DNA of 32,000 nucleotides from Patescibacteria group bacterium (GTDB lineage: Bacteria > Patescibacteriota > Patescibacteriia > 2-01-FULL-39-33): positions 60,001 through 92,000 of the forward strand of contig JBAZRV010000003.1 of NCBI GenBank assembly GCA_041662745.1. Reading direction: 5' to 3'. The notes below the pieces were generated by a model. That model was given only the letters and a program-made list of their open reading frames with translations, did not search any database and was not told where the DNA came from. This document shows, in pieces, positions 16,937-26,476 of the stretch. How positions within the stretch are numbered: the stretch's first letter is position 1; the number at the start of each line of letters is the position of its first letter. The translations under genes and the position numbers were made by a program.

Positions 16937-16965
16937 ATTAAATTATTATGAAACAATATCTTTAA

Positions 16966-17694
16966 TTATTTTTTTATTTTTTCTTTCAGCGCCAGCCAGC
17001 CGAATACGGCTGTCGCTTGCCAGATTCTCTTCCGTCTCTTGGGTTCTTTGATTAGGCGGAAAAGCCATTCAAAGCCGATGGCTCTAAGCCATTCGGGCGC
17101 GCGTTTGATTTTGTCAGCCAGATAATCAAGGGTTCCGCCAACGCCTATCGCCACTTTGACGCCGGGCATTCCGGCTAGGTTTTCGGCGATCCATTGTTCT
17201 TGCTTGACCTGGCCAAAAGCGACTAATAAAATATTAGCGCCGGAAGCGTTAATCCTCTCAATTATCGCTTCGTTGTTTTCTAATCGTTTGCCGTCAGAAT
17301 TTATCTTACCGCCGTCTTCCGCGCCGACAATTCCGGTGAACACAAATTTTGTTCGCACTGCTTCAGCTATGCCGGGCGCCCCGCCCAACAGATAAATCTT
17401 AGCCATTGGCAAGGCGCCTTCTAATAATTTTCGGCTTAAGTCCGCTCCGGTAACTCGTAACAGTCTGCGGCCATAAAGCAAACGCGCCGCTAAAACCAGA
17501 CCGAAACCGTCGCAAGTGTTAAGGGCGGTCCGGTTGAGCAAGTTCTTAAAAGCTTGATTTTTTTGCGCAGCCACGGCAAATTCCGGATTGATCGTAGCAA
17601 TCTGATATTGTCCTTCAGTGGCCAGCCATTCCCTTATTTGCGTTAAAACTCGGCTCTGATCAAGTTCATTTATTTTTATTCCTAAGATCTGCAT
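16966..17694 (-). CDS. WecG/TagA/CpsF family glycosyltransferase
   Basis: TINPEFAVAAQKN, TCDGFGLVLAARLL, LLVAFGQVKQEQWI, GVGGTLDYLA, APEWLRAIGFEWLFRLIKEPKR. Confidence 0.93.
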   Translation of the reverse strand: MQILGIKINELDQSRVLTQIREWLATEGQYQIATINPEFAVAAQKNQAFKNLLNRTALNTCDGFGLVLAARLLYGRRLLRVTGADLSRKLLEGALPMAKIYLLGGAPGIAEAVRTKFVFTGIVGAEDGGKINSDGKRLENNEAIIERINASGANILLVAFGQVKQEQWIAENLAGMPGVKVAIGVGGTLDYLADKIKRAPEWLRAIGFEWLFRLIKEPKRRKRIWQATAVFGWLALKEKIKK

Positions 17695-17698
17695 TTAT

Positions 17699-18445
17699 TT
17701 ATTGCCGGTTTAAGTAATCAACGGTCATTTTTATCACGCTGGAGCCGTCGGTGGAAAAGCTGTCGGTTAAGGACATGGCGCCGTCAATGCCGTTTTTGAA
17801 AAAGCTCAAGTCTATTTCCGTTGATTGGATTAATTCTTCAACCGTAAAACCCTTTGTCTCTAATTGTTTTTTATAATACTCGTATAAATCTTCTTTGGTT
17901 TTGTTGATATTGTTCCAAGACAGGGAGACGGTTTTGATTTCTTTCCTTCCATCGCCGGCAGTTGTTTTAATGTCTTTGACCGTAGGATTCTCCGAGATGT
18001 TTTCCGGTGTTTTGTTTTGGGCGATTATTTGGGTTTTTAGGTCGGGGTATAAGCGGTCGGCGATTATTTGTACGGCCCAGTCAGGCAAGGCCGCTGACAA
18101 TTGCTCAATCTTTTTTTTGCTTTCCGGCGATAAAACCTTGATGCTGGCTTGGTTGAGTTGGTAAATGATTAAATCTTTGGGGAAGTCTTCGGGCAGTTCC
18201 TCCACGGTTTTAATAATCGGGCCGGAAATATAAACGGTTAAAAAAATAGCGCAAGCCAAGACGGCTACGATCATTAAAAAGAAACAGCTGAAAAATTTCA
18301 AACAGGAATGATGTCCGGGTGGCCGGTGGCGGCTGTAATGCCGCGGTTCTTCCGGCTCCACCTCTATTCCCCTGTTTTCCGCTTCGGCTAAAACGTCTTT
18401 GGCCGCTTCAATCTCATCCAACGTGATGTTTTTGTCGCTTTCCAT
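17699..18445 (-). CDS. Hypothetical single-span membrane protein
   Basis: One TM segment after a His/Pro-rich N-terminus; extracytoplasmic remainder. Confidence 0.65.
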   Translation of the reverse strand: MESDKNITLDEIEAAKDVLAEAENRGIEVEPEEPRHYSRHRPPGHHSCLKFFSCFFLMIVAVLACAIFLTVYISGPIIKTVEELPEDFPKDLIIYQLNQASIKVLSPESKKKIEQLSAALPDWAVQIIADRLYPDLKTQIIAQNKTPENISENPTVKDIKTTAGDGRKEIKTVSLSWNNINKTKEDLYEYYKKQLETKGFTVEELIQSTEIDLSFFKNGIDGAMSLTDSFSTDGSSVIKMTVDYLNRQ

Positions 18446-18494
18446 GTGTATAGGATAACAAAAATGGCTGATTTTTGCAATTAAGTTTTATTTG

Positions 18495-18523
18495 TTGTGC
18501 GGCTTATCGGTTTGTGGTATAAT
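18495..18523 (+). promoter_or_regulatory. Predicted extended -10 promoter
   Basis: TTGTGC, 17-nt spacer, TGGTATAAT (TATAAT 18518-18523). Confidence 0.55.
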
Positions 18524-18554
18524 ATTTATGAAAGATAAATAACCATCATTAACA

Positions 18555-19973
18555 ATGAAGTTGAAAAAACTCTTTATTTTTGCATTCTGTTTTGTCTTTA
18601 CCGCTTTAATCGCCGTTAACGCTCGGGCGGCGGATTTTACCGCCGATTATTTGATTTCCGACGTTGAAATGAATGACTATAGCGCTATGGATTTAAGCGA
18701 CATTCAGCGTTTTTTGGAAAAACGCGACGGCACTTTGGAGACTTATATTACCTTTGACAAGGAAGGCAATCCTAAGACGGCGGTTCAGACATTTTTTGAA
18801 ACTTCTCGTAATTGGCAGATCAATCCTAAATATCTGTTGGTTTTGGTGCAAAAAGAACAAAGCCTATTGGATGACCCCAATCCCTCGCAGAAACAATATG
18901 ACTGGGCGACCGGTTACGGGGTTTGCGATAGTTGCTCTATGGACGATCCTAATATTCAGCGTTTCAGGGGGTTCTATCGCCAAGTCAATTCCGCTGCCGC
19001 TCAGACGCGATATTACATGGACAACATTAAGGAATTTTCTTTTCAGCCGGGCAAAACCTATAACATTGACGGCCAGACCGTTACGATGAAAAACACAGCC
19101 ACTGCCGGCTTGTTCAACTATACCCCGCATATCCATGGAAATCAGCTGTTCTGGAATTTATGGAATAAATATTTTGGCAAATCTTGGCCGGACGGCAGTT
19201 TGTTGCAAGTTGAAGATGGCGGTCAGATATACTACATTGAAAACGGAGTTAAGCGTTTAATCGCCTCTAAGGCCGTGTTCGCTTCGCGTTTCAATAATAA
19301 TAGCATCCTGACGGTTAGTCAAAGCGATTTAGATACTTATGATGATGGCGCGCCGATTAAATATTTGAATTTTTCCATTTTGCAGAGCACGACTACCGGC
19401 GAGATGTATATGATCATTAATGATGTTAAACGTCGCATTGTCAGTGACGCTGTTTTTAAGAAATTAGGCTTTAGCGATGATGATTTGGCAAAGGTTATTG
19501 ATTCTGAGTTACAATTATATAAGGCTGGCCCGGATATTACCGAATATACTGTTTATCCGACCGGTATTTTGTTGCAGGACAGTAAAGCCAAAATCGCCGA
19601 CGCCGGCATATATTATGTCATCAGCGGTGAAAAAAAACCCGTATTAACCAAAGAAATAATGGCGGCTAATTTCCCCGGCATGACCGTCAAGAAAGTTCCT
19701 AGCGTAGAATTGGACAAGTATATGCCCGGCTCTAATGTAACTTTGCCCGACGGTTTATTGGTCAAGATAAATCCTAAAGCTCTAAAAGTCAAAACCAAGG
19801 AAGCGCTCGCCGCCGCCAGTACGGTCTATGTTATTTCTCATGGCAAGCGTTTGCCTATCATTTCTGGCGCAGTATTCAAACAAATGGGGTATAGCAGCAA
19901 GAACATCAAGATCATTTCCGAAGCCACTCTTAATGCCCATGATTTAGGCCCCTTCATTACCGGGCAACAGTAA
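18555..19973 (+). CDS. Secreted protein: lysozyme-superfamily-like N-terminal region plus repeated xxYxIxxGxKRxI C-terminal modules
   Basis: Signal peptide ending NARA-A; NPKYLLVLVQKEQSLL...YDWATGYGVCD; four related C-terminal segments. Confidence 0.7.
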   Translation: MKLKKLFIFAFCFVFTALIAVNARAADFTADYLISDVEMNDYSAMDLSDIQRFLEKRDGTLETYITFDKEGNPKTAVQTFFETSRNWQINPKYLLVLVQKEQSLLDDPNPSQKQYDWATGYGVCDSCSMDDPNIQRFRGFYRQVNSAAAQTRYYMDNIKEFSFQPGKTYNIDGQTVTMKNTATAGLFNYTPHIHGNQLFWNLWNKYFGKSWPDGSLLQVEDGGQIYYIENGVKRLIASKAVFASRFNNNSILTVSQSDLDTYDDGAPIKYLNFSILQSTTTGEMYMIINDVKRRIVSDAVFKKLGFSDDDLAKVIDSELQLYKAGPDITEYTVYPTGILLQDSKAKIADAGIYYVISGEKKPVLTKEIMAANFPGMTVKKVPSVELDKYMPGSNVTLPDGLLVKINPKALKVKTKEALAAASTVYVISHGKRLPIISGAVFKQMGYSSKNIKIISEATLNAHDLGPFITGQQ

Positions 19974-19983
19974 TCATAAATAT

Positions 19984-20775
19984 ATGTCACTCGTATTTGC
20001 AGCCATTACGCCACATCCGCCGATTTTAATACCGGCTATCGGCAAGGACAATATCAAACAAATTGAGAAAACAAAATCGGCCATGGAAAAGCTGGAAGAA
20101 GAGCTGTATTCGGCTAAACCTGATATTGTCATGATTATTTCGCCTCACGGCGAGATGAGCGCCGATTCTTTTACGGTAAACTTAAGCAACGATTATGAAG
20201 TTAATTTTGAGTCATTCGGAGATTTTACCACTAAATTGCAATTCAAGGGTGAGACCGTTTTAATGACTATGGGCAAAGAAAAGATTGCCGCTAAATCGCC
20301 TTTGAATATTATTTCTGAATCAGCGCTTGATCATGGAGCGGGCGTTCCCTTATTTTATCTGATGCGGCATCTGCCGCAGGTGCCGATTATTCCCTTATCG
20401 TTTTCTATGCTGGATAATCAGGCGCATGTGGAGTTCGGCAAGGGTCTGAAAGAGCTTATCTTAAATACCGATAAACGCGTGGCTGTTATTGCTTCTGGCG
20501 ATTTATCTCATTGTTTGACTAAAAACGCTCCCGTGCCCTATAACCCGGCCGGTAATGATTTTGATCAGACGCTAATTGAGTTGGTTAAGAAATGCGATAC
20601 GCAAGGCATCACTAACATTGATCATAAGTTAGTCAGTGATGCGGCGGAATGCGGTCTGCGTTCTATCTTGATATTATCCGGCATTATCAGCGATATGAAG
20701 TGTCAGCCGGAGGTTTTGAGTTATGAGGGTCCGTTCGGCGTGGGCTATCTGGTAGCCGAAGTAAAATTTGATTAG
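19984..20775 (+). CDS. Class III extradiol dioxygenase-like / MEMO-like (AmmeMemoRadiSam system protein B-like) protein
   Basis: AAITPHPPILIPAIG, DHGAGVPLFYL, ASGDLSHCLTKNAPVPYNPAG. Confidence 0.8.
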   Translation: MSLVFAAITPHPPILIPAIGKDNIKQIEKTKSAMEKLEEELYSAKPDIVMIISPHGEMSADSFTVNLSNDYEVNFESFGDFTTKLQFKGETVLMTMGKEKIAAKSPLNIISESALDHGAGVPLFYLMRHLPQVPIIPLSFSMLDNQAHVEFGKGLKELILNTDKRVAVIASGDLSHCLTKNAPVPYNPAGNDFDQTLIELVKKCDTQGITNIDHKLVSDAAECGLRSILILSGIISDMKCQPEVLSYEGPFGVGYLVAEVKFD

Positions 20776-20790
20776 GATTATTATAAAATT

Positions 20791-20822
20791 ACCTCGGCCG
20801 CATAGCCGAGGTGATTTTTTTA
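20791..20822. terminator. Bidirectional terminator-like hairpin
   Basis: ACCTCGGC-CGCATA-GCCGAGGT then gaTTTTTT. Confidence 0.8.
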
Positions 20823-21095
20823 TTTTTTTATACTGTTGGGATTATCTATCAGTTTGAAAAAATACCGCCATTTTGCTCCGCTGTGGCATAATTCCTTGGT
20901 TTCATTGAGCGCTCGTTCCACCAATTCTTTGGGGTTATCGCGGCAAACCTTAAAAACCGAACTTTTTTTGAAAGCCGGTACGCCTAATTCTTGAATGATT
21001 TGTAAAGCCAAGTCTTGCCACTGATAAGCAGGAGCTTTTCTAAATTGTCTTTTCTGCAACAGCAAACCGATTTTTTGGGGCTGAGTCTTGAACAT
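20820..21095 (-). CDS. Hypothetical protein, 91 aa
   Basis: Open ORF ending at a shared terminator; basic soluble protein. Confidence 0.55.
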   Translation of the reverse strand: MFKTQPQKIGLLLQKRQFRKAPAYQWQDLALQIIQELGVPAFKKSSVFKVCRDNPKELVERALNETKELCHSGAKWRYFFKLIDNPNSIKK

Positions 21096-21132
21096 AATGT
21101 TATTTTATCAGGGATAGTTGAGTTAGTAAAGT

Positions 21133-21161
21133 TTGATTTTTTTCTTGAAATATGTTATAAT
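21133..21161 (+). promoter_or_regulatory. Predicted promoter for def-fmt
   Basis: TTGATT (21133-21138), 17-nt spacer, TGTTATAAT (TATAAT 21156-21161). Confidence 0.6.
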
Positions 21162-21180
21162 TTTTTTATAACTTAAAATA

Positions 21181-21642
21181 ATGTTAAAAATACTGACTAT
21201 ACCGCATCCGCTATTAAGGAAAAAAGCCCTGGCGATTAAGAATCCTTTAGATAAAGAAATACAGAAGCTTATTCCGCAGATGGTGGAGACGATGCTGGAA
21301 AAAGACGGAGTGGGCTTGGCTGCGCCCCAGACAGGCCAAGGCATCAGATTGATAACCGTTCGCCATAAGGACGGTAATTTAGTCATGCTTAATCCCCAGA
21401 TTGTTAAAAAGTCGTTGATTAAAGAATGGGATGAAGAGGGTTGTTTGTCGGTGCCTAATATTTACGGCGATGTCAGGCGTTGCAAGAAGATCACAGTTAA
21501 GTTTATTGACAGCACCGGCAAGCCCAGGAAGTTGACCGGCGAAGGATTATTGGCTCGCGTCGTTCAGCACGAAGTTGATCATTTAGACGGCGTATTATTT
21601 ATTGATAAGGCTAAAAATTTAAGAAAATTGGAAACAGCTTAA
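21181..21642 (+). CDS. def: Peptide deformylase
   Basis: GVGLAAPQTG, EEGCLSVP, QHEVDHLDG. Confidence 0.97.
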   Translation: MLKILTIPHPLLRKKALAIKNPLDKEIQKLIPQMVETMLEKDGVGLAAPQTGQGIRLITVRHKDGNLVMLNPQIVKKSLIKEWDEEGCLSVPNIYGDVRRCKKITVKFIDSTGKPRKLTGEGLLARVVQHEVDHLDGVLFIDKAKNLRKLETA

Positions 21643-21646
21643 TAAA

Positions 21647-22591
21647 ATGAAACCGCTTAAGATAATTTTTGCCGGCACGCCGGAATTCGCCGTTCCTTAT
21701 TTGCGCGGCCTGTTGGCTGATGCGGATTTTGAAGTCATCGGCGTTATCACTCAGCCGGATCGGCCCAGCGGGCGCAAACAAGAGCTCACTCCCCCGCCGG
21801 TTAAGGTTTTGGCAACGGAAAATAATCTAAAGATTTGGCAGCCGGAAAAATTAAAAGGCAACGAAGAATTATTGCAGGAGTTGAAAGCTTTGGAATTTGA
21901 TTATTTGGTGGTTACCGCCTACGGTCTGATTATCCCCGCTGAATTTTTAGCTTTGGCTAAGAATGGCAATATTAACGTTCATCCCTCGCTTTTGCCTAAA
22001 TATCGCGGCGCCTCCCCGATTCAAAGCGCCATACTTAGCGGTGAGCAAGAAACCGGAATAAGCATCATGCTAATGGATGAGAAAATGGATCACGGGCCGA
22101 TTTTGGCGCAAAAGAAAGTCGCTTTGACCGGCGAGGAAACCAATGAATCCTTGCATTTTCAACTGGCTGAATTCGGCGTGCCTTTATTGGTTAAGACGAT
22201 TAAGGGTTTTTTTGCCGGAGAAATAAAGCCGCAAGAACAAGACCACGGGTCGGCGACATTTTGCACTACAATTGATAAGGAGCAGGCGCGGATTGATTGG
22301 ATTAGACCGGCTGAAGAAATAAAAAGAAAAATCCATGCTTTTTATTCTTGGCCGATAGCTTGGACTACTTTAGACGGTTTACGGCTCAAAATTTTACCGC
22401 CGGCGGAAGCGGTTGATTCGGATGATGCGTCTGAACCGGGGAAAATAATCATCACCCCGGACGCTGTAACAGTTAAGTGCGGCGAAGGAGGCATAAAGTT
22501 GAACCAGTTGCAATTAGAAGGGAAAAAAACTATATCAGCGTCGGATTTTGTCCGAGGCTATAAGGATTTGGCTGGTAGGGTGTTGAAATAA
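21647..22591 (+). CDS. fmt: Methionyl-tRNA formyltransferase
   Basis: IIFAGTPEFAVPYL, VTAYGLIIPAEFL, NVHPSLLPKYRGASPIQ. Confidence 0.97.
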   Translation: MKPLKIIFAGTPEFAVPYLRGLLADADFEVIGVITQPDRPSGRKQELTPPPVKVLATENNLKIWQPEKLKGNEELLQELKALEFDYLVVTAYGLIIPAEFLALAKNGNINVHPSLLPKYRGASPIQSAILSGEQETGISIMLMDEKMDHGPILAQKKVALTGEETNESLHFQLAEFGVPLLVKTIKGFFAGEIKPQEQDHGSATFCTTIDKEQARIDWIRPAEEIKRKIHAFYSWPIAWTTLDGLRLKILPPAEAVDSDDASEPGKIIITPDAVTVKCGEGGIKLNQLQLEGKKTISASDFVRGYKDLAGRVLK

Positions 22592-22604
22592 TTTTGACGA
22601 TATT

Positions 22605-22648
22605 AAAATAAGATGCCGCAAACCCATCTGTTTACGGTATCTTATTTT
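22605..22648 (+). terminator. Long-stem terminator
   Basis: AAAATAAGATGCCG ... CGGTATCTTATTTT, 13/14 pairs with one G-U. Confidence 0.8.
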
Positions 22649-22651
22649 GTT

Positions 22652-23983
22652 TTAATTTTTGGCAATAATCGTCTCAGTGTTGATTTTAGTTAATTTGCGC
22701 CTCTTTTTTGTTATCAGATAAATACATAGCAGAGCAATCAGATCCATAAACAGCTCCTCCCGCTGGAAGTAGTTAGTATAAATAGACATGATACAGACAA
22801 AGGAAAAATAAGCGAATAACATGCTAGTCAGAGGGTTGGGCCGTCGCTGGGCAAAAGCGTAGATTGTTCCCAGCAGCGCTCCCCAACCGATGCCGGCCAG
22901 CGCAATCCCCCACCAGCCGAAGTCTAGGAAATATACAAATAAGAAGGTGGCGGTGATCCACCAGGGCAGAAATATCGCCGACCAATCAACTGGAGCGTGG
23001 AATTGCGGCAGATGGAAAATTTTTAAAGCCGAATTAAAAACCGCTAATTCGGCTTGGCCGAGATAATGTTGTTCCGTGTGCAATTCCACTCCTCTGTCCA
23101 GTGCTTGCAGATTGAACGCCGGTATCAGATAAATCGGCGTTAAAAATTGCAGGTAGGGCGGCAAATTAACTTGAGAAATGGTTGTTAAATAAGAAAATGG
23201 GTTATACTCGCCTTGGTAATTGTAATCGCGATAAGTGATAAATTGCCGAAAGGCCGGTATGGCGATGGAGACGCTTAAAATGGCTGTCAGGGCTAAAAGG
23301 GTGCTAACTATCAATCTTTTTAATTTAATGGTTTGCGAGTTTATTATAAGATAACCAAAGTAGCATAATAACACGGTAATTACGATAATCAGGCGTGAAG
23401 CGTATAAAGACAGAATGATAAAACCAATAACTATTACCAGCCAATAAAAAAATTTTTTTGCCCGGGTTAAATTTTGTTTGTCTAGAACCAATTCCAAAAA
23501 GGCCAGCGGAATGAATAAGCGCGGTAAAAGCGATAGCCATTCAAAAATACCGAAAATCTCCTTATTGATAATAAAGCGCATTTTATCGGGAATGGAGGAC
23601 AGAATGGGCAGGGTGCCGAATCGGCTGAAGATATAAAGATTAGCCGCAATACTGGCTAAGGCCATTAGGCCGATTAAAATAGCCATCAGACGGTTGTTTA
23701 TTTTGGGCCTTTTTTCTGTAACTGCCAGCTTTTTAGCGGTTAAACGTTTAACAAGATAATACGTTATGATAAAGGGCGGGAAGAATAACCCCAATATCAG
23801 CCACAAACGCCAGCTTAAAGGCCGTTCCAGCGGGCTTAGGCGCAATTGGCTGACAGCCAGAGCAGCCGACCACAGCGAGGCGAGAAGCAGGGCCGGAGAA
23901 AATTTTTCTTGGCCCAAAAAATAAAACCAGCCGAGGGCGGCTGCGGCTAGGAAAAAAATAAAAAATAAAAACCAAGTCAGCAT
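22652..23983 (-). CDS. Polytopic membrane protein, probable oligosaccharide repeat-unit polymerase (Wzy-like)
   Basis: About 12 hydrophobic segments; adjacent to a GT2 gene; family assignment by character only. Confidence 0.5.
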   Translation of the reverse strand: MLTWFLFFIFFLAAAALGWFYFLGQEKFSPALLLASLWSAALAVSQLRLSPLERPLSWRLWLILGLFFPPFIITYYLVKRLTAKKLAVTEKRPKINNRLMAILIGLMALASIAANLYIFSRFGTLPILSSIPDKMRFIINKEIFGIFEWLSLLPRLFIPLAFLELVLDKQNLTRAKKFFYWLVIVIGFIILSLYASRLIIVITVLLCYFGYLIINSQTIKLKRLIVSTLLALTAILSVSIAIPAFRQFITYRDYNYQGEYNPFSYLTTISQVNLPPYLQFLTPIYLIPAFNLQALDRGVELHTEQHYLGQAELAVFNSALKIFHLPQFHAPVDWSAIFLPWWITATFLFVYFLDFGWWGIALAGIGWGALLGTIYAFAQRRPNPLTSMLFAYFSFVCIMSIYTNYFQREELFMDLIALLCIYLITKKRRKLTKINTETIIAKN

Positions 23984-23994
23984 AAGAAATTAGT

Positions 23995-24768
23995 TTAAGC
24001 CTTTTTTAGGAAGTACAACAAGGCTGATTTGAAAAATCGCCATTGGTTGGTTACGACTTTTTGCTGGCCGAAACTTTTTCCGCCGTGGTGGATGATTTTT
24101 GTTTCCGGCGTATAGATTATTTTGTAGCCGGCTCGGCTGACGCGGCGGCAGAAATCAACCTCCTCAAACCAAACGAAGAATCTTTCATCCAATAATCCGA
24201 CTTTATCTAAAACCGGACGCGGGATAAGCATAAAAGCGCCCATTACTTGCTCTACCTCCTGTTCTTTAGCATAATCAAGGTCCTCAGCCAGATAGCGGCT
24301 GATTGATTTTAAATGAGGCAGAAGCTTAGGCAGTTTTAGAAGCATTAAGATTACGGGCCACCGGGTCGGCAATCGCCTGACCGAGGGCTGCAGCCGGCCG
24401 TCGGGATAAATCATTTGTACGCCCAGAATGCCGCAAGCGGAGTGGCGTTTGACGGCTGCCACTGACTTGCTTAGGGTGTCCGGGAATATCTCGGTATCCG
24501 GATTGAGCAGTAGGATATATTCCCCAGTTGCTTGCTTGATGGCCAGGTTGTTGGCTTTGGCAAAGCCCAGATTCTTATCACTGGCAATTAACCGTGATTG
24601 AGGAAACTTTTTTTTAATCAGCTCGGCCGTGCCGTCACCGGAAGCGTTATCTACGACAAAAAGTTCCATCGTTAAATTGCCTTGATTCCGATAGATTGAA
24701 TCAAGGCATTTTTCTAATAAATCCTTAACTTTGTAGGATACGATGATAATGGAGAGCTGCGTTTTCAT
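23995..24768 (-). CDS. Family 2 glycosyltransferase (rhamnosyltransferase-like)
   Basis: LSIIIVSYKVKDLLEKCLDSI, VVDNASGDGTAEL, LLLNPDTEI; track start at 24864 runs through a terminator, so 24768 is preferred. Confidence 0.93.
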   Translation of the reverse strand: MKTQLSIIIVSYKVKDLLEKCLDSIYRNQGNLTMELFVVDNASGDGTAELIKKKFPQSRLIASDKNLGFAKANNLAIKQATGEYILLLNPDTEIFPDTLSKSVAAVKRHSACGILGVQMIYPDGRLQPSVRRLPTRWPVILMLLKLPKLLPHLKSISRYLAEDLDYAKEQEVEQVMGAFMLIPRPVLDKVGLLDERFFVWFEEVDFCRRVSRAGYKIIYTPETKIIHHGGKSFGQQKVVTNQWRFFKSALLYFLKKA

Positions 24769-24812
24769 AACTATTACAATTATATCATGCTCCGGCATAA
24801 GAGCAAACAAAA

Positions 24813-24839
24813 CGCCGCCCTCTTTGCGGGAGAGCGGCG
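24813..24839 (-). terminator. Terminator after rplU
   Basis: Stem CGCCGCTCTC/GAGGGCGGCG (one G-U) then TTTTGTTT on the minus strand. Confidence 0.75.
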
Positions 24840-24850
24840 AGAAGAAAAAA

Positions 24851-25156
24851 TTAAATTTTTTCAATCATGATTTCGGTGAAACATTGGCGATGGCCGAATT
24901 TCTTGCGGTATCTGGTTTTTCTCTTGTACTTAATGCCGGTAACCTTGTCAGCGCGGCCTTGGCCCAGGATTTTAGCCATAACTTTAGCGGCTAAGGTCGG
25001 TTCGCCCATCTCAACTTTTTCGCCATCGGCGACAAGCAGGGTTTCCAGTTCAATCTTGGATCCGTCGGCCTCCGCTAATTTTTCCACCTTAATTTTATCG
25101 TTTTCTTTAACCAGGTATTGTTTTCCACCGGTCTTAATAACAGCAATTTTTACCAT
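24851..25156 (-). CDS. rplU: 50S ribosomal protein L21
   Basis: MVKIAVIKTGGKQYLVKENDKIKVEKL; KYKRKTRYRKKFGHRQ. Confidence 0.96.
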   Translation of the reverse strand: MVKIAVIKTGGKQYLVKENDKIKVEKLAEADGSKIELETLLVADGEKVEMGEPTLAAKVMAKILGQGRADKVTGIKYKRKTRYRKKFGHRQCFTEIMIEKI

Positions 25157-25231
25157 ATTTGTTTGTTTTGATATTTACTTAACTATTTTAGCTCAATTGG
25201 CGTCTTTTGTCAAGGTGGTTGGCGGGAAGAT

Positions 25232-25272
25232 AAAAAAAGAGCGTTTTTTGTCCGAATTGGAGCAAAAAACGC
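25232..25272 (-). terminator. Terminator of the radical SAM operon
   Basis: Minus strand GCGTTTTTTG-loop-CAAAAAACGC then TCTTTTTTT. Confidence 0.8.
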
Positions 25273-25282
25273 CCAAAATGTG

Positions 25283-26476
25283 CTAACGAACCATTGATAA
25301 TTTAACATCCGAACGAACGGTGTGGCGGTAGCTCACGCTATATCGTTTTCGCAAATACTCATCCAAAATATTGCAACATTCTTGGTAGTGCCTCTCCCAC
25401 TCCCTAATTTTTTGGGCGCTGAATTTTTCCGGATCTTTGCCTTCTCGCAAAGCTTTGGCCTTAAGCCGGGCAAGAGTCGGGCCGTAAGGCTTTAGGGGGC
25501 CGATATGGACGCGCAAAGCGAAGTTCTCAATATGTCTTTCAATCATCTCTAGCCATTTTTTCAAGCTGGCCGGATTCGGATTGTACATTTGCGGGAAAAT
25601 ATCCAGCCCTGCTTCCACTAATGTGCGCAGACAGAAAACCTGATCGGAAATAGTGGCGTTGGCTTGGACATTGTCTTGCAGATTGGCATTGTCCGTACCC
25701 TTAATGGCGGCTAAGACTTTAACCGGAAAAACTGCCAGATGACGGTAATAATCAATCGGCCACAAATGAGGCGTGGAGAGATTGGTGTCCACTTGTCCGA
25801 CCATATCCTCTCCCCGTTCTTCAATTCGGCGCCAGAGTTTGATAATCCAGTCCAGCACTACGGTCGGCTCGCCGCCGGAAACGCGCAGGACTTTAATATT
25901 CAGATCAATCCCGGTTTGTTTTTTGTAAATTTCCCGCACCTTATCCCGAGCCATTAAGAAGCTGTCAATAACATCGTCAACCTCAACCAGCCATTTATTT
26001 CCGGTTTGACGCAGGCCGTCATTGAGTTTGTTATCCACAAAACAGTAGAGACAACCGCCGTCGCAGGTTCCGGAATGGAAATTGCAGCCGGCGACCTGGA
26101 GGATAAATGGCGCATTATAATCTAAGGCGCGGGACAATTCATAGCCTGCGATATGCTTGTACCACAAGGCAAAATCAAATTCTTGCTGCTTGAGATAGTC
26201 TTCAATTACTCCCGGAGACATCTTGCCGATGTCAATGAAGTCCTTGCCGTAAGCCTTGGCCGCCAAGGGATCAACATCTTTGGCATTGAATTTGAACCGG
26301 AAAACGCGTCGGCCGTCCCGGTTAGGCATCAGGTCTATAACCTTGCTTGTGTCTTGGCCTTGCAGCGAATCGGAAAAATCCGCTACCAGTAGCCGTCCCC
26401 CCGGCGTGATTACGGTTTGGCGCAAGGCGGTGGCGCGATCTAATGGACTTTGGACATACGACGGATTTTTAGACAT
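25283..26476 (-). CDS. Radical SAM protein of unassigned subfamily
   Basis: CNFHSGTCDGGCLYCFVD (CxxxCxxC at aa 138-145), VLRVSGGEPTV, LRVHIGPLKPYGPT; AAAGGAGGGAG RBS. Confidence 0.85.
   Translation of the reverse strand: MSKNPSYVQSPLDRATALRQTVITPGGRLLVADFSDSLQGQDTSKVIDLMPNRDGRRVFRFKFNAKDVDPLAAKAYGKDFIDIGKMSPGVIEDYLKQQEFDFALWYKHIAGYELSRALDYNAPFILQVAGCNFHSGTCDGGCLYCFVDNKLNDGLRQTGNKWLVEVDDVIDSFLMARDKVREIYKKQTGIDLNIKVLRVSGGEPTVVLDWIIKLWRRIEERGEDMVGQVDTNLSTPHLWPIDYYRHLAVFPVKVLAAIKGTDNANLQDNVQANATISDQVFCLRTLVEAGLDIFPQMYNPNPASLKKWLEMIERHIENFALRVHIGPLKPYGPTLARLKAKALREGKDPEKFSAQKIREWERHYQECCNILDEYLRKRYSVSYRHTVRSDVKLSMVR

Noticed and set aside
24769-24864. N-terminal extension of the GT2 protein in the ORF track
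   Set aside because: It overlaps rplU's 3' end and its terminator; homology-like sequence begins at MKTQLSIIIVSYK (24768).
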